Below are positions 13,649-27,164 of a DNA stretch of 64,000 bases, in pieces. Each line of letters starts with the position of its first letter. Position 1 is the first letter of the stretch. This DNA comes from Marsupella aquatica (lineage: Eukaryota > Plantae > Marchantiophyta): assembly GCA_973895155.1 (NCBI GenBank), contig OZ316893.1, positions 14,042,645 to 14,106,644 of the forward strand, written 5' to 3'. Below the pieces are notes generated by a model that was not told the origin of the DNA, searched no databases, and worked only from the letters and a program-made list of their open reading frames with translations. The translations under genes and the position numbers were made by a program.

Positions 13649-16600
13649 GCACCATTTTTTTAGTATACCAAGAGTCAACGGATTCTTCCGTGCAGTCGGA
13701 TGACCGAGATTGCTGCAACACATTTGCTTGTAGATGTAAGCCTGATTTGGCGGGCAGATTGTTTAGGTCTATGTCCATCTCGGAGCTAGCGGTCATCGAA
13801 GTCGAAGTCTTCGAAGAATAGGTCGACGGAGTCAAGCTTAATCTAGCGCCGAGCCAAGTCAGAGCCATTTGGTTATTTCTGTGCAGTCTGTCATTGATGG
13901 TGTGGACTGTTTCGGATCCGCCTGTCTGTCGTTGACAGTTATTGTATTCTTTCGCGGTTTCGATCAGATCACTTAAAGAAGTGGTTCTCTGCCTGGTCGC
14001 TCGCTGCGCTCTGCTGCTCTGTTTTAGGGCTCTCATTCATTCTCAGATAGGTAGGTTATAAAGTATGCAGTGATGATCACTCTTCAGCGATATTTCTCGC
14101 CATGTCTTTTAATAGAAGCTGCCTTGTTGCGGCTACTAGAAAATTTTTCCGGTCATGCAAATTTGCCGGGGTTATCTAGCATGGATTACTGCACTTCTCG
14201 TCTTTGATGTAATGGTATTACATGGCCACTCAGTGTCCATATTCTAAAGGTTGTATCTAGAATTTCAACATCTAGTCGTAAGAGATAAGAAACGGACGAA
14301 CGTTGAATGACGCTAGCTGTCGTTCTGTTTCAGCCAAATGCCGGGAAAGCCGACGATCCTGTTTGCACACCTCTATTGGGTCTATGAATTCGTTTTTGAC
14401 TCTTCCGCTCTGTGAGAGCCAATTCGCTGTAGCTCGTTTGTATCGTTTTCAGTTCTAACTCGACCATTAGGGGTGGTCACAGCCCTAGGGCGATGGATTT
14501 TTTCGGTAATATCAATGTGCATGCGACGAGCGTCACCTCGCATTCCTTCCTCTCTAGGGAGTTCGAATTGGTGTGAGGAAATACGATCTTAGACCTTAGT
14601 TGATGAAGGAGCAGAATTCGCTGCCAATGTCAGTGCCATTCCCACATTGGAGTTTAATTTTGACAGCTCATGCGAGATCGAGCCGTAGAGAGTTGGGTGT
14701 CTGAAGCTTCGTATTTGAGGTTCCTTTGCCCTAGTTTTCAGAGTAGCTCATCTAGCTACATGCGTTAGATTGAGTCGGGGCCATAGATCCTGGTGGTGCG
14801 GAATACAGATCCCTTAGTATATTCCGGCAGGAATCGAAAGTCTCGATGATTGTACTGAACAGGCTTTGTGGCTCCAATGCCGGACACCGAAAAGGCGTCG
14901 GGTGCTTTCCTTTCTGTTATGGATGGCACAAATTGCTCTTGGAGGCCTGGCCAGTTTGACTCATAATTGATGGGACCTCCTGTATGTCATAGCAGAAACC
15001 CTGTTACGTAACGCTTGCAACACTTTCATGTCGTGTAGGCATTTCTGCAATGCGAACTTCAATTTGAATCTTGCTTACAGCTCGTAGGTAAAGGAGTAGG
15101 CTGATGTGGCGCTTGTTGTTTGCCTCTGTGCATCATCTTGTGCCCTTTTCAGAATGGCCCACCAATTTTGATTTTCTGTAAGAGCTGCTGACACTCGAAC
15201 AATCAGCGCATAGGGAAGACAGTTAACGAATAATGGGACTAAAGATTTTTCTAAGGGCGGAATATCAGTTCGACAAAGTATCTCTCGCTTTTACTCTTAT
15301 GGAGTAAACTTAGATTGACCGTAGGACTTCTTGGAGAATATTTCCGGTGCCTGAAAGTTTTTCCTTTCTGTTCTGACGTCTTCACTGCACAATTTTTCTT
15401 TATGGAAATCTTTTAGTACCAGTGAGGCTTACGGAGGAATTACGAATTTTCTTGGGACAAAACGACTGCTGTTTCCCTCCGAGGCCTTTCATTGCTGACG
15501 GCATTTGGCTTAACTGCTGTTTACTCGACAGGGCTTGTCTTGTGTTACCATTGGCGTGAAGATTGAGGTTTAAGTGTAAACTTAATTTTAGGGAGGCGAG
15601 GCATCCAGTAATATGACTCGACTGTACGCTCTTGCTCAGGGAAGAGTGCCGTTTCCCATTGTCAATGGACCAGTGTAGAGTAAGACTGTTGTTGATAAGA
15701 TAGCCTGTAAGAAGTGGACATTTGACAGCAAAGTGTATAGTTGTTGTACGATTGAGATGGACAAGCTTTCCCTTGGCTCTGTTTTGCACTTCACAACTGA
15801 GCTTTGATATGGAAGCTCTTTCATTGGGTTTCTGCATTGTGCTGCCTGTGAATGGCAATATTGGCCAGCATTAAAAACTTGGTGGCAGTGCTAGCATTGA
15901 ACAACCATATTATAGTTCAATTTGTGTGCACATAGCTGAAAAAATGGCTCTGTTGTTGGCGATTTTGAGCCTCTATGAAAGATACATTTCTGATTGGGAC
16001 CCAGAGTGTCCCTAAACTACAGCTAACGAATGTAAGTTCACAATCCTACGCTGGACAATTTGGGATCAGGAGTACAAAAAATTCCTTTATATGGTGTGAC
16101 TGGCCATGTGACCCGCTTTCAGAACTGGCTACATATGGCGTCTACGTTTTTTGCTGGTTGGAAGTAGAAAGAAGATACCAGGTTTAGTCACTACTCTAAA
16201 ACAATGGTTTTCGCCCTGGAATCTTATTTTTTGTTTTTTCAAGTTTGACATTACGATCGTCCTGCCAAACAATTTTCTTAATATTCTATGACTTTTGTTG
16301 GTACACTGCAATGTTTGACAAGATAATTATAATGTCAAAACTTCTACTGTTCCACAAGATACTTAGAATGTTGAAAGTTGGATTGACCCCGGGATGGACC
16401 TTTCTCAAAAGTTACTGTTATTCAGGTAGTTTTTTCCCCGTATTATGAATGCGCATTGTTTTGGTTGCTAAAAGTGTTTGGTCCATCAAGTCCACCCCAA
16501 ACTCAAGACGCGTAAACTTCTTGGAGTTCCAGAGATTTTTGGCTTTCTGGTTCTCTTGGTTTTCTACTTGGTGGAGAGACCGGCAGTATGCTGGTACCAA

Positions 16601-17499
16601 TGGGAGACTTGAAGTGGAATACACAAGCTCCGTGTCTGTATGATCTCAGCGTTGAAGAATCCAATCTTGGAAAGAGTCACGGGTAAGGAGTATATTACCA
16701 AGAGATTCTCGAAATTTATGTCTACATGGTCGCCAACCCTCCAATAGTAGGCAGTCAATCCGAGCACCCATAGTGGCGTTCTCACGGGAACAACTGTAGG
16801 TGGTCTCAGCGTGCGGGACACAAGCACGTCATGACATTTGGAAAACCGCAGTGTCCCCAAATCTTCAACAAACTAAGGTACAGGAAACTTGGGAAATCAA
16901 GCTCTTGAAAAGATGTCCGGGAATGGTCGAAGGTGCTCAGTCGCTGTTTGCATATCTCAATTGCTCAATTTCGCAATGTAAAAATTCTCATAATTTTTTT
17001 ATTTCAGAAACAAATTCACCCCAGTGGATGGGGTCATAGAGGGAGACGAAACCCGCTGTTGTAAGGGGACAAGTCAAGACCAGACGAAGACCAGTCACGT
17101 CGACAAGGGCGTCAACAACCGACTAGAGACTCTTAGATGCCCACTTGGCACTGTTTTAGGGGAATCCTTTCAAGACCAGTGTTACGGATCGCGTGCAGAC
17201 GCTCATTTTGACTGCTTTGGAGAAAGTATACTACTAGATCTCAGAGAGCAGAACGATTATGTGCTATTGTTCTTCGCTGACTGTTCATTTTCTCGCTCAG
17301 GGTCAGTCGTCCCACAGGGCAACAGAGGACCAACTACAGAGATTCAAGAGGACCAACGATTGTAACGTGCTAAGTCGTGCCCACAAATTTCATCTTGCTA
17401 TCATGTGGAGGAATGCTGTAACAAGAGAGACGCGGCAGTTAGAAAGGCACTCAGCACGTCGAAGTGGTCTTTAATATGGACTAACTCTCAACACTATCG

Positions 17500-17577
17500 T
17501 CTGCGTTGATAAGATGAACCCAGGATCTTGGCAAAAAGGTCAATCAGCCATTCCTGGGTTCATCGTATCAACGCAGA
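17500..17577. repeat. 26-bp inverted repeat (hairpin), 1 mismatch
   Basis: tctgcgttgataagatgaacccagga ... tcctgggttcatcgtatcaacgcaga. Confidence 0.85.
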
Positions 17578-19580
17578 TCAAGGAGAAACATAGCACAACG
17601 CTTAACACTTGGCCAACTGGGCATGGCGCGGACTGTTGTCCTTGTTAGTAAGAACAAGTGGTGCTCTCTTCCAACAGCACCCTAAATGTGGATGCATCTG
17701 TTGTTCCTTTTGAAATCGAGATTGAAGCTGCTTTTTTTTTCAATTTGACATGTGAGATGTAGTTCAAAGGTGACCCATGATCCATCAACCGCAAGGATGT
17801 TCGCCTGAGCTCGACTCTCTAGAGTGGGCTCTAGAGCAATTCAGAACAAGTCCCGGCCAACAAGGCCAGAAATCAGATTACAGATATATGACAGCATAGG
17901 TCGAGACTCGAGACCACACAGATCCTTCAAGCAATACAATTCCACACTCTTTAAGCTGCAATGTGCCCAGTAGCCGAGAAATTAGGGCAGAGTAAGTTTT
18001 CACAGTATGACAAGAACGACAAGTACTGAAGCCAAAAAACCAGTACTCATCAGTTACCATAAGAGAGGATGCAAGAGTTATGCAACCATCTTCTTCAGCA
18101 GTTCTCGCAAAAGAGCTGTCTGGGAATTTGGTCCCTACTCACTGGCAAGCATCTCTTGCGAGGAATGAATTTCCTCTGAACTGGGTCAGATGGTCACAAC
18201 GCATGGGAAAGCCACACAGAGCCAGCCACTCCTGTTTAACGCTAATGTCGCCGTGATAGTCTTGCAGGACAGGATAGTTATCGTCTGATGATCGAAGAGC
18301 AGATTTTCGTCAAAGCGGGGGTGCGATTGCATTCTGTTAATGTTCTCACCTCACTCTGTTATCACATCATGTGGTCATTAATAAGGGTAGGAAAATATTA
18401 TCGCTACCTATGACTACTTTGCGACTCCATGTTGCCATGAGGTTTCCCGGTATTACGCGAAAACAGACAGAAGTGAATGGACCAACAGCACACCTGCGGA
18501 ATCTGGGAACCCGTGAATGTCGGATGTTCAGGCAAAAATAACGAGTCATCAATTCGTGGCTCGGCTTCGTTTCTCTGCTGGGCATTGAAGCTGGAGACCA
18601 AGGAATCAAGGATAGATCAGGATTGGTTGAAAATCTATTCATTGAGCCCTCAGCTGCCAAATAACACGGTTCAAACGCGGCCATGCTCAACACCACAGAT
18701 ATCCAGAGAAAACATTCCGTGTTCCGAGCCGCAGAACGGCGAGGCCTAAGTCTTAAGAGTGTCTTACAACCGTTTCAGAGGCGTCCGGCTTGACATCAAT
18801 GATTCATCGACGAAGCTACAGGAATTTCACGGACGCGACGAGGATTCCAGGAACGTCTCGACGTGTTGACTTAGCTCTCGTGGAAAGCGTTGAAATGATC
18901 ACCCAGAAACATGATTCAGGATTATACTCCTGTTGCTTCTAGTACTCAAATCTCACAACTACCGCCATGGCACAAGGCCCTCGAGACATTGATATGGGTA
19001 TCATGGGTCCCAATAATTGCACATTTATGACATATGCACAACATCCCTCCATACCTTACCTTGGTAAATCAATGGGTGCACACCTTATATTATTATATTT
19101 TGATGTATGATTATTTGTTTGATTCACTCCATACCTTGATAAATCAATCCATGCTTGATGTGTGATTATCTGTTTGATTTTTATCAAATAGTGCGCACCT
19201 TATATTATCACATTTTGATGTGTGATTATCTGTAGAGGGCACTATCATAATGATGACTAGTAGTGGAGACATTGCCATGGGTACCACGGTCCTCATAATT
19301 GCACATCAAAATATGATTTATATTTTGTACAACATCTCTTTATATCTTGATAAATCTAATTATTTTATTTAAATCAATAAGTGCACATCTTATATTATCA
19401 CATTGTGATGTGTGATTACCTAGGGCAGTATCATGATGACTGGCGGAAGGCCAACAAGAGGCTAGAAGTGAAGTCTTTACACTGTAATTAATGTTGTGTA
19501 AGAATTCTAGTTAGTACCAAACTAGTGTTACTAGTTCTAATTATGGTGCTAGTATTCTGGTGAAAGTGATGTAAGAATTA

Positions 19581-19989
19581 GAGCATCTCCGACTTATTGG
19601 GTTGGTAACCTTATATTGAGCAAACCCATTAGGGTTGAACAAAAAAAGCAACCCCTATAGATTATTGTAATGCTATTCACTTGTGACCTTACTGGGTTTT
19701 TTGTTAGTGGATGTCTATGACCTTACCGGGTTATTTTCATTATTGGATGTGTATACTAGCTGAATAGCTTTTTGACTGAATACATGATTCATTCCTGGGT
19801 TCTCCAGATAGAATGATTAATATCCAATGGTGCCTATGTCAGGAGGTACTAAAAAACCCACTAACCAATGGGCTTTCTTTTTGACATAATAATCATCCTT
19901 GCTTTATTTTTATACTAAAAAAAAGATAACTCGTCACTCCTTATTTAAAGTATATAGTAAGCAAATAGCATACACCATCCGAGATGCTT
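19581..19989. mobile_element. Tourist/PIF-Harbinger-like MITE
   Basis: Ends gagcatctccga / tccgagatgctt flanked by TTA on both sides. It splits a local repeat whose uninterrupted form (gaattagagttagtaccaaacta) is visible at ~20064. Confidence 0.75.
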
Positions 19990-20660
19990 TTAGAGTAAGT
20001 ACCAAACTAGTGTTAGTAACACTAATTCTGGTGAAAGTGATCTACCATAATTAGTGTTATGTGAGAATTAGAGTTAGTACCAAACTACCTGTAGTACTCC
20101 TAACAATAATTTTGGTGAAAGTGGCCTTGAGACCATAGCACTAATTCTTGTGTATTTTCCAAATAATGTTTAGTTTCCTTCTATTTTTCCACTCTTGATA
20201 CCAAAGTAATATTAATTCATGTAAGCAGAATTACTGTTCCAACAAAATTAGTGTAAATGACTCATGGGTAAAGCCCAAAAATGTTTGCTATCAAAGTAGT
20301 GTGAGTAATACTATTTACGGTGAAGAGTGAAGTAATACTCACCGTACAGACTGTACTGTAGATGCTCATTCCAATCTTTCAGGTATCCACAGAATTTCCT
20401 GGAAGAGGGAAAAATCTCAATTGCCACACTCCTAGGTTCAACAATTCTTAGCATGATTGTTAGGACGAGTTGCTTTAATGACTGTTCCAAGACAGCTACA
20501 GGGAGTCAAAACACCAATAAATAAAATATCTATAGAATGGGGACATGTGAGTTGGTTCTAAAGTTCATAATTTAGAGGATAACAGGATTTAGAGGATAAA
20601 AAGATTTCCTGACAAGTCTAGTGTTAATACTAAAACCATAAATCTTCAAATATATCTTAC

Positions 20661-21184
20661 CTGGCCACACATTCTTCACAGCCACAAGTAAACATTTTTT
20701 CCAGTCTAGTATGAGTGGCATGTCAGGCGACTGAATGCCATAAAGGGATCTATCAACTAATTCTCAGTTTTCTCCATTATTTGGAGCTACTGCATAACAC
20801 AAAATCAATTCTTGCACATTTCCATCCAAACATGTAGCTAAGAACAATTGAGTGGGGTACTTCATGTGTATTGTATGACATGCATTCAGAGAGATTAGAA
20901 GTTGAATATAGCTGCATGCTTTTAGTATAGCTGATGAAATTCATTTTCCATATTTCCTCACGGCATAGCTATACGGGTTTCTTCACATGCCTCAAGGAAC
21001 CCGTATAGCTGATGGGTAAACCTTGGTACCGTAAAAGTGAGGAAATATGGCAAATGAATGCTTGGCAGAAAAAGTTTGAGTCTTCCATTGGGGACCAAAC
21101 AACAACTGCACCAGGGCCAGTCTCCCTCACCCTGGCAATCAATGCCTGAGTGATTTGAAACACGCATGTCCAGCATCTAAACAT
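20661..21184 (-). pseudogene. MULE/Mutator transposase remnant
   Basis: Minus strand reads LLISLNACHT..KYPTQLFLATCLDGN..LILCYAVAP..EN*...PLILDWKKCLLVAVKNVWP, and upstream GPGAVVVW...FCQAFIC. These match the MULE DDE region, with stops. Confidence 0.75.
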
Positions 21185-22746
21185 AAGTGGAGGGGCCCTG
21201 CACCAAAAGCAATGTGGTTGGGGGATACATTGGCACCCATAGTATGCAGAAATCTTAAGGTGCCTATGAAGGAATTGTTATCTGGGCTTCACGGGGACTA
21301 TAAAAAAAAGTAACACTTACCACAAGATGTGGCAAAGGATCTCAAAAATATTTCCTCAATCACATGCAAAAGGCCATGAATGACGTTGTTTCCTTAGTTT
21401 ACATGTTCCAAGGAATTGATATTGTTCCCTCAGGTTACTTTCCAGGACCTGACATCATTCTTATTTTATACATTCAACCATCTCCACAACAATATCTTGC
21501 TTTCCTGTACAATCAAATGTGGGAGGTCTGTGCGCCTTGGGAAAACCCACAGATAACTCTTCCCCATTTGAGCATGGATAAGAAAAACCGTATTGGGAGC
21601 ATTTTGCAAAAATGTGAAATGATGCTTACAAACAGAAAATATTCATGTGAATGTCTTCACATGAGAATAACCCTAATGTTGAAGCACAGGTGGCGCAAAA
21701 ATGAGCGACATGTCTCCTCAACGTTCAACACCTACAGTTCAGTTCAAGCCCCAGTAATGGTTGTGGTTTGACGTGGCTTACAGTCACAACTGAGCCAGTT
21801 TGGTCCTTCTAAGCCAGAAACTCATCTTATAAGAACTTTTACAACAATGTCCTATAGAAATCATTAAGACAAGGACAATGAGGCAAAAAAGTTTGGAGTG
21901 GGCTGATCAAGCAAAGTTTTTCCAAAGGGGGATATATTATGCATATCTCTCTCATAATTTACCCGCAACAAAAATGCTTTATCTTCAGTACTTTACTGAC
22001 AATAAAGACGGATTCATTATCTAAACAGGCTCTTTGGACAGCGAATCATCAGAAATATCTAAACTGCACTAATTCTATAGTAGTCATGTGAGGGTCGGCC
22101 TTCCTACACAAGGTGTCACTACTTCACTGGGGCGCCACAAAACCTACAGAATGTTAATTTTAGATAAACCCCAATAGTTTATTGGATGACTAAATGATGA
22201 TACTGTATATATCCAAGTTTGTAGGTTAACATTGGACACCTCAGGTTTAAATTTTAAGTTAATTAGTTAGTGGACCCCTATTTGTTTTAATTGACATTGA
22301 CAAGTAGTGAGATATGTGTTGGACAATGTGTGATGTCAATATATGTATTAGACAATGTGTGACGGTGAAGATGTCTTTATTCCAAGTCAATTTTTATGCA
22401 TGATAGATCATAGTGATTGTTTGTTTTAACATATGCTGAATATGTCTTTATTCGGACTAGTGATGCATGATACATTAGAGTGTTCTTTCGAGAAAGGTTC
22501 TGCCAGTCTATAAGAAATCTAATTTCACAAGTTTTGCAAAGCAGAGATGTGTTGTAGTCTATCTCCACATGGCAGAATGGCCTCGAGAATCGATTGAGCT
22601 ACAGCGAAAGGCGCCGGATTCATTTCCAATGTCAAGTCGGACCTGCGAACCTTTCTTTTCCCACCTCGCTCCTCCTATCTCGATCCTTTCCCGGGCAGTA
22701 TAGTAGAGACAAATGCTAAAAGAAATGTTCGTCCACATTATTTTAC

Positions 22747-23290
22747 CTTAAGTGATCCCAGTCGTGAGCTGACCATCACAATACATGCTCCAAATGGTGA
22801 TGGTCTAAATAGAGGCTTCAATTTCTCTTTCAGTCTTTTGACTCCAAATAAGTTTGTCTCCAAAATGGTTGTTGCATTCTCGAAGTTAACTTCTGCGTTA
22901 TCAATTCCTGCATTGTCAATCTGTTTGCCAGCAAGTCTGTAGGACTTCCGAAATTAAGATGTTGGCACTATTGTTCCATCAGGTATTGCTGTTCATGCAC
23001 CTGGTGCCCAGAATCACTAGTCGGTCCACTGGGTTGCCCAATGCCCATCGCTTGAGCCTCAATCTCGTAATTTTGTCGATGGATCTTCAAAATTTTGTGT
23101 GCTTTGTCTCAGTCCCGCAGCGAGTCTGCCTCGATCTCAATCATTGGATCTTAGTCAGAGATTAACATTGACTCGCATCACCAAGCACATCCAAACTACC
23201 CAATCTCTACAGATCGACTCGACGAAGGCAATTGCTGGACAACTTAATTGCTTGGAATATCAAACTGCAAGTATATGACTTTGTCATCAG
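22747..23290 (-). pseudogene. Fragment of a carbonyl reductase / neomenthol dehydrogenase-type SDR gene (one clean exon, one decayed exon)
   Basis: Exon 22747-22920 (AG/GT borders) reads IDNAGI...ETNLFGVKRL...PLFRPSPFGACIVMVSSRLGSLK. The upstream decayed exon gives VIYLQFDI...AFVESI...GSLDVL. No TGxxxGIG or YxxxK exons found. Confidence 0.75.
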
Positions 23291-23335
23291 CTCTCAAGTT
23301 GCAAAGCTTGCCGAGAGAGACTTAATTATTTACGA

Positions 23336-23696
23336 AATTGAACCACAATTCAGAAAGAGGGTGGGCAGTTGGTAATTACTTGGGCCGCAAGATTTAATTA
23401 TTATGGAATTGAACTACAATTCAGAAAGAGGGTGGGCAGTTGGTTACTCAGGGTAAATAAAATTGATTGCAAACCTACTACTAATTGAAGACAAGGTAAA
23501 TAAAATGGTTATTTTTGAAACATTTTTACATCAAGGTGTACGGTATGGCGTCCTCAATTTTACCAAAATCCTATCACAAACACAAAAGGTGAAGTAATTT
23601 CATTTTGTAAACCAATCCGTACCTGTTTGCAGCATGTCATGATGATGTGGTGTGTTGTGGAATCTCAAATTTTGGAAGGGACCTCTAGTGGGGTCC
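23336..23696. repeat. Dispersed repeat, copy A (homologous to 55279-55557)
   Basis: Shared aattgaaccacaattca...gtgggcagtt...ttttaccaaaatcct...aaaccaatccgt...tgatgatgtggtg...ttttggaagggacctctagtggggtcc. Confidence 0.85.
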
Positions 23697-23944
23697 GTAA
23701 CAAGCTAGGTTAACACATAAAGGGGTGTGTTGCTGTTGAGTTTGGAAATAGGTCCTTGCAAATGCAGTGGTGCCCTTAAAAAAACAGGTGGTGACAAGGG
23801 TGGGTGTAGTGACCCGTCTCAAGCCATAAACCCCCGCTCGGCTAAGTTTGCCCAATTGTTACTTAACTGGCACATATTTCCCGCAGCAGCTGACCAAAAT
23901 AAAAACAGGAAACTGCCCTACTAGGTATCCAAAAATATAGGTAC

Positions 23945-24079
23945 TGTTATACCCTAACTAGGATTAGATATCTTAACCCGAGTTAAGATCTAACCAAGAT
24001 CTAACTCAACTACCTCATGTATATATATTGGACACATGAATAAGATTCATTACATTGTTGGAGTATATGGTTTGTAACA
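23945..24079 (+). repeat. 5' LTR of Bianca-like element
   Basis: tgttataccc...tttgtaaca; 134/135 identical to the 3' LTR. Confidence 0.95.
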
Positions 24080-24093
24080 CGTTATCAGCACGA
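24080..24093 (+). promoter_or_regulatory. Primer-binding site complementary to the anticodon arm of tRNA-Ile (half-tRNA priming)
   Basis: CGTTATCAGCACGA directly follows the LTR and lacks the TGG of 3'-end priming. Its reverse complement TCGTGCTGATAACG resembles the tRNA-Ile(AAU/IAU) anticodon stem-loop. Confidence 0.75.
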
Positions 24094-26760
24094 ATGCAAT
24101 TTTTTTTTCTCCACGAAGAGGTGCTAAACCATAAGGGGAGATCCGAAGAGTTTTTCCCAAAAGATGAGCACTTTTGGCCACATTTGAGGGCCATTTCTCG
24201 ATAGAAACCTCGAGTGGAATGATATGGGCCTCTGTTCGTCTATGGCTTGAGAACGATAGACCACCATCAAGAGATCTCGTGAGCCAGCCAGCAATAGGCA
24301 AACAGTAGGACCATAGAGACAGAATGAAAACAGAAACACGAAGGGCCAGCCGCAGTCTAATCCGAAGGAATTGAAACGAAAGGAAATCGGCAGAAGAGTA
24401 GAACTTCTTGAAACCCACAGCAACTCAAGACAAATCCCGCAGACGACGCATAGCACACACGAAGGAACGATAGCGCCAACTCAACACGAAGACCAAGCCC
24501 CGGACAAAGCCACGAGGCGTCGTTCCGCAGATAGCACCACACAATCCAGACACAACTCAGACACAATTCGACGCTCGCCGCATGTAGCCACTGAATTCAC
24601 AATTCGACGCTTCGCCGCCTGTAGCCACTGACTCCCGGACCCACACTTGAGACAGTGCAGCATTGAAACAAGACAAAACGAAACAGAAGATCGATAAGGA
24701 CTTCATCGGCACACCATCCCTCACCGAATTGAAACCACCCGTATAGGGACCCTGACTGAAGTCAAAGCGGATCGATCCCACACAAGAAGAGCAGAATAAA
24801 GAAATACACAGAAATTGCAGAGAAGACTCCGAGAGATAAAACACGAACACAGAAGAGTCCCAGGCAAATTAACACACTGAAGAGAGCCGAAGGAATTGGG
24901 TTCAAGAAAAAAAAAAGCACCATCCACAGAGAACGAAAGAAGACCTGAGCAATAGAGCACCGCAGGACTGAGAGAGAAAGACCAAGCACACCATAGCGAA
25001 GAGAGCAAACGCGAGCCCCAGACCGAAAACGTACAAGCAAGGGCAGCGACCCCCAATTCTCCTTTCCACCCACCTAAGAAGGAAGAATCCAATCATACCG
25101 GGATCAAACCTGAAGAATAGTGAATACCAAAAGAAAGGAGCAAGCGAAGCTGATCCACCACAAAATAATAGCTAAGTGCAAAACTCCATTGAACCCTCCT
25201 TAATTGCATACATTTACAAGGTGAACCCATATTAGCCCAAGATGGCAATGGAGAAACTATTATTCCCAGCACTAAGAATTGACGGGAAGAACTATAATGA
25301 TTGGACAATAGACGTGGAGGTTAACCTCACCGCAAAAAGAATCCCAGAAACAATACATACCGACATTGGGGTGGACCAATACCAGAAGGCCCAAGCATTA
25401 GTCCTACTAAGACACCACTTAATAGAACCATTAAAACATCAATATAAGACGATATACAACCCAAGGCTCCTATGGGATGCATTGAAAGAGAGATTTGAAC
25501 ACATAACAACTATAAACTTACCAAATGCGCCACAAGCATGGGTAACCTTAAGAGTGCAAGATTTCAAAACGGTAGACTTATACAACAGCGAGATGTTCCG
25601 CATCTCGAACGAACTCCAAATGTGCGGTGAACCAGTGAATGATAAACAACAAATCGAAAAGACACTAGCAACATTTCACCCTACAAACTTAGTAATCTCA
25701 AACCAGTATAGAAACATGGCATTCACTAAATACTCAGCACTAATAGCACACATGCTCTTGGCAGAACAAAACTCAATCCTACTCATGACAAATGCAAAGG
25801 ATAGACCCCCGGGTACACTCCCAATACCTGCCACCACTGAGACGAACTTAATTATAAACGAGAAACTGAGAGAAGCTAACTTGACCACACCTTATGATAG
25901 AAATACAAGTAAATTCAGGGGGAGAGGCTCATATAGGGGAAGAGGAATGAAGGGAGGACGATCGAACTACTCCTACAGAGGAGGACCCAGAGGAGGATTC
26001 AGCAACCGCGGAAGGGGCCGTGGAAGAAACAATTTCCCCGGAAGGACCACATGGAAACGAGGCCGCAACGACTACCAAGAGAAGCCAAGAAACAACTCAA
26101 ACAGCTCAATCACATGCTTCAGGTGCGGTACAAAAGGTCACACCAAAAAGGTATGCCATGCCCCAGCCCATCTTGTGAAACTCTACAAACAAAGTTTAGA
26201 TGGATCAAAACTTGAAACCCATGGAGTTTACCTGGAATCACCTGAGATTATACCAGAAATTTATATGGTAGACCCCCCACCTGAGCTAGAGGATATAGAT
26301 GTATGCATTATAGACAGCGGTACATCACACACCATCCTCCGAAATAGAAAATATTTCCATGAAATTATCCCTTCCCAAAGACAAATAATCACTATAACCG
26401 GAGAAAGCCAAATAGAAGAAGGTCACGGAAGAGCCACCTTAACTCTCCCTGGAGGCACAATAATTAGATGCCCATCAGCCATATATGCCCCCAAAGCAAG
26501 AAGGAACCTTCTGAGTTTCCAAGATATTAGAGCCAACAACTACCATATCCAAACAAACATCCAAAACTTACAAGAAGTACTGCAAATAACATCACACTCA
26601 CCAGGAGGGATAATCATTAGAGAAACCATCTCGACCCACCCTTCAGGGTTCTACATCACCCAAAACCAATGTTATAACCTAGGGGTCGAATCCAAAGATA
26701 TCACCGAGACATGGCACATGAGATTGGGACACCCAGGAACCAGCATGTTCCATAGGATAG

Positions 26761-27164
<404 letters not shown>

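Noticed and set aside
16418-18750. Possible F-box/kelch-associated gene remnants (YYW...LLVIY; WALK...WLKIYSL)
   Set aside because: The motif resemblance is too short and lies on opposite strands, and no F-box domain was seen.
18960-20230. Repeated AT-rich units as a CRISPR-like array
   Set aside because: Eukaryotic context, degenerate units of irregular length, and no unique spacers or cas genes.
23679-23708. Hairpin followed by CTAG as a Helitron 3' end
   Set aside because: The CTAG is absent from the second copy (55557) and is not followed by T. Kept only as one option within the gene-capture finding.
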